DNA from: Candidatus Hadarchaeota archaeon
Lineage (GTDB): Archaea; CAYQAE01; CAYVLA01
DNA length: 17,146 bases
NCBI GenBank assembly: GCA_964621445.1
Contig: CAZUNO010000040.1
Coordinates: forward strand, 1-17,146
Direction of reading: 5' to 3'
Translations under genes and position numbers: made by a program
The notes under the pieces: generated by a model
What the model saw: only the letters and a program-made list of their open reading frames with translations
Told to the model about the DNA's origin: nothing
The model's database searches: none
Shown: piece by piece, positions 15,253 through 17,146 of the stretch
Position numbering within the stretch: position 1 is the stretch's first letter
Layout of the letters: each line of letters starts with the position of its first letter

Positions 15253-16151
15253 TTTGCGATCACCTTGGTTTTTTTCTCCTCCAATACGCCCTGAGGTCTG
15301 TACAGCAGGAAGATGATGATAAGCAGACCTATGACGATCCACCGTAGGTTGACCTGGGTTCCGCTTGATACATCTATGAGATCCTTGAGAAATCTGGTTG
15401 ATCTCTCGAATATCTGAATCATGAAGGCACCCAGAATTACCCCGTAGTTATTGGAGGTTCCTCCGATGATCAGCATGGTCCATACGGAGAAGGTTAGGAG
15501 AGGCATGAACATATCGGGGCTGATGAAGGTGATGTAATGTGCGAAAAGGCTCCCTGCGGCCCCGGCCATGCAGGATCCGAGAACCAGTGACTTGGTCTTG
15601 AACATGAACACATTTTTGCCCAGTGATTCGGTGGCCACCTCGTCCTCTCGTATGCCCTTTAGTACCCGACCGAATGGCGAGGAAGCCATGCGTTGGGTGA
15701 GAAGTAAACAGATCACCACGCATATCCAAACCAGTCCGAGATAGAAAAGGGGGTAGAAATCACCGAAATGCCCGGCAAGGGGTTTGGGTATGTTCCGGAT
15801 CCCCATTGGTCCCAGGCCATAGGATTTCTCGTTGAGAAGTATGATGCGTACTATCTCTGCCATGGCTATGGTGGTAATTGCTAGGTAGTCTTCCCTTAGT
15901 TTCAGGGTTGGGAGGGCAACCAGGAAACCCAATATTCCGGCCACAACTATAGCTCCCACTAGACCTCCGATAAAGGGGAATCCTGAAACGGTCAGCAGCG
16001 CCGAGATATAGGCTCCTACGGCGAAGAAAGCTACCTTTCCGAAATTCATCAGCCGGGTGTAACCAGCCTCTATGTTAAGGCTGAGGGCCAATATGGCGAA
16101 GAAGCCCACATAGATCAGTGTGTCAGCGATGTAAGCCAGGAAAGATGCCAT
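15249..16151 (-). CDS. livM: Branched-chain amino acid ABC transporter permease LivM
   Basis: ALSLN...GY...NFG..AFFAVGAY, LKLREDYLAITT, SPFGRVLKGIREDE.A.ESLG, IIGG, and YRPQG. Confidence 0.92.
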   Translation of the reverse strand: MASFLAYIADTLIYVGFFAILALSLNIEAGYTRLMNFGKVAFFAVGAYISALLTVSGFPFIGGLVGAIVVAGILGFLVALPTLKLREDYLAITTIAMAEIVRIILLNEKSYGLGPMGIRNIPKPLAGHFGDFYPLFYLGLVWICVVICLLLTQRMASSPFGRVLKGIREDEVATESLGKNVFMFKTKSLVLGSCMAGAAGSLFAHYITFISPDMFMPLLTFSVWTMLIIGGTSNNYGVILGAFMIQIFERSTRFLKDLIDVSSGTQVNLRWIVIGLLIIIFLLYRPQGVLEEKKTKVIAK

Positions 16152-16155
16152 TTTC

Positions 16156-17052
16156 TCACTCCTTCTCAGAACCCATTATACCGGTTGGTTTTACTAGAAG
16201 CACGATTATCAGCACGAGAAACGCGATGGCGGGCCTGTATCCAGTTGATATGGATAGGGTAGCGAGCATCGCCACGCCCAGGTTCTCGGCAAGTCCTAGG
16301 ATATATGCCGCGATTATGGTTCCATAAAAATTGCCCACTCCTCCCAGAATAACTACGGCGAACGTAGGAAGCAGTACCTCCCAACCTAACTGTGGCACGA
16401 GACGGGTGTTGGCTCCCCTAAGGACCCCACCGATCCCGGCCAAACCTGCACCTATGAACCAAACCCAAATCAGTATCCTGTTCACATCTATTCCGCAGGC
16501 AGCGGCAAGGGTGGGATCATCCGATGTAGCTCGCATGGCCTTACCGATCCTGGTTCTAGTCAGGAATAGATGGACCATGGTTACCAGAATCACAGAGGCC
16601 ATTATGATCCATATGTGGAGGCTGGTGATATTTGCCTCGGTTCCTCCCAGCTTTATGGTGTATTTTGCGGTGTTGAGTTCGTACCAAGCGAATCTTGGGC
16701 CCCAAATCTGCTGTATGGCGTGTCTAATGACCAGACCCAGACCTATGGAGGCAACCATCAGAGATATTCTTCCGCCACCCTTTCTCCTCAAGGGCCTGAA
16801 TACCGTGAACTCGGAGGCCACCCCGATTGCCCCGGCAACAAGAAAACCACCGATAATTGATACCAGTAGATTTTCGCCCACCAGCCGGTTGAGAAAGAGG
16901 CCAAAGTAGGCTCCAATTGCAACCATCTCCGCGTGGGAAAAGTTGGCGAATTTCAGTATCCGGTAGACTAGCGTGAGGCCTATGGCAACAAGCGCATAGA
17001 TGCTGCCGGTCAACAAGGAATTGATCATGACCTGAGCTATATTGATCGACAA
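16156..17052 (-). CDS. livH: Branched-chain amino acid ABC transporter permease LivH
   Basis: GSIYALVAIGLTLVY.ILKFANFSHAE, TRIGKAMRATSDD..LA..CGI, AVVILGGVGN and VKPTGIMG. TTG start. Confidence 0.92.
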   Translation of the reverse strand: MSINIAQVMINSLLTGSIYALVAIGLTLVYRILKFANFSHAEMVAIGAYFGLFLNRLVGENLLVSIIGGFLVAGAIGVASEFTVFRPLRRKGGGRISLMVASIGLGLVIRHAIQQIWGPRFAWYELNTAKYTIKLGGTEANITSLHIWIIMASVILVTMVHLFLTRTRIGKAMRATSDDPTLAAACGIDVNRILIWVWFIGAGLAGIGGVLRGANTRLVPQLGWEVLLPTFAVVILGGVGNFYGTIIAAYILGLAENLGVAMLATLSISTGYRPAIAFLVLIIVLLVKPTGIMGSEKE

Positions 17053-17077
17053 CGACTAGCCTTGACAAGAAGCTCGA

Positions 17078-17085
17078 CATATAAA
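17078..17085 (-). promoter_or_regulatory. Archaeal TATA box (TTTATATG) for the livHMGF operon, probably leaderless
   Basis: The box ends 26 nt upstream of the livH TTG start, and no RBS is evident. Confidence 0.55.
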
Positions 17086-17146
17086 TTACACAGTTGTACA
17101 CTAGCCTGGAATAATGATCAATAGGGCTCTTTGATGCTCATTTCCT

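Noticed and set aside
15253-15342. 30-aa N-terminal extension of LivG in the ORF track
   Set aside because: It overlaps livM; GTG 15252 with an RBS and a GTGA overlap gives a normal LivG.
1-17146. CRISPR arrays, full tRNA/rRNA genes, transposases or integrases
   Set aside because: I saw no regularly spaced repeats, cloverleaf structures or recombinase/transposase motifs; intergenic spaces are short.

Overview
The window looks like chromosomal DNA from an anaerobic-type archaeon: roughly 50% GC by eye, TATA-like boxes about 25-30 nt upstream of start codons, an archaeal LAGC lipobox, and a heliorhodopsin resembling the Thermoplasmatales one. From left to right it contains: a decayed LolD/FtsX-type ABC exporter with in-frame stops in both genes; a small ORF plus a C/A-rich tract and a possible tRNA 3' fragment that may be a mobile-element relic; a URO-D/MT2-family gene divergent from a cytoplasmic beta-propeller glycosidase-like gene; an orphan 1023-aa HydB/NuoF-GltD fusion flavoprotein flanked by two paralogous membrane-anchored GATase1-like proteins; a tightly linked, co-oriented Staygreen (SGR, Mg-dechelatase homolog) and heliorhodopsin pair; and a split branched-chain amino acid ABC transporter (livK facing livHMGF) with an MBL-fold hydrolase in between. 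The SGR-heliorhodopsin pair is the most striking observation. All family assignments come from motif recognition; no database searches were run.
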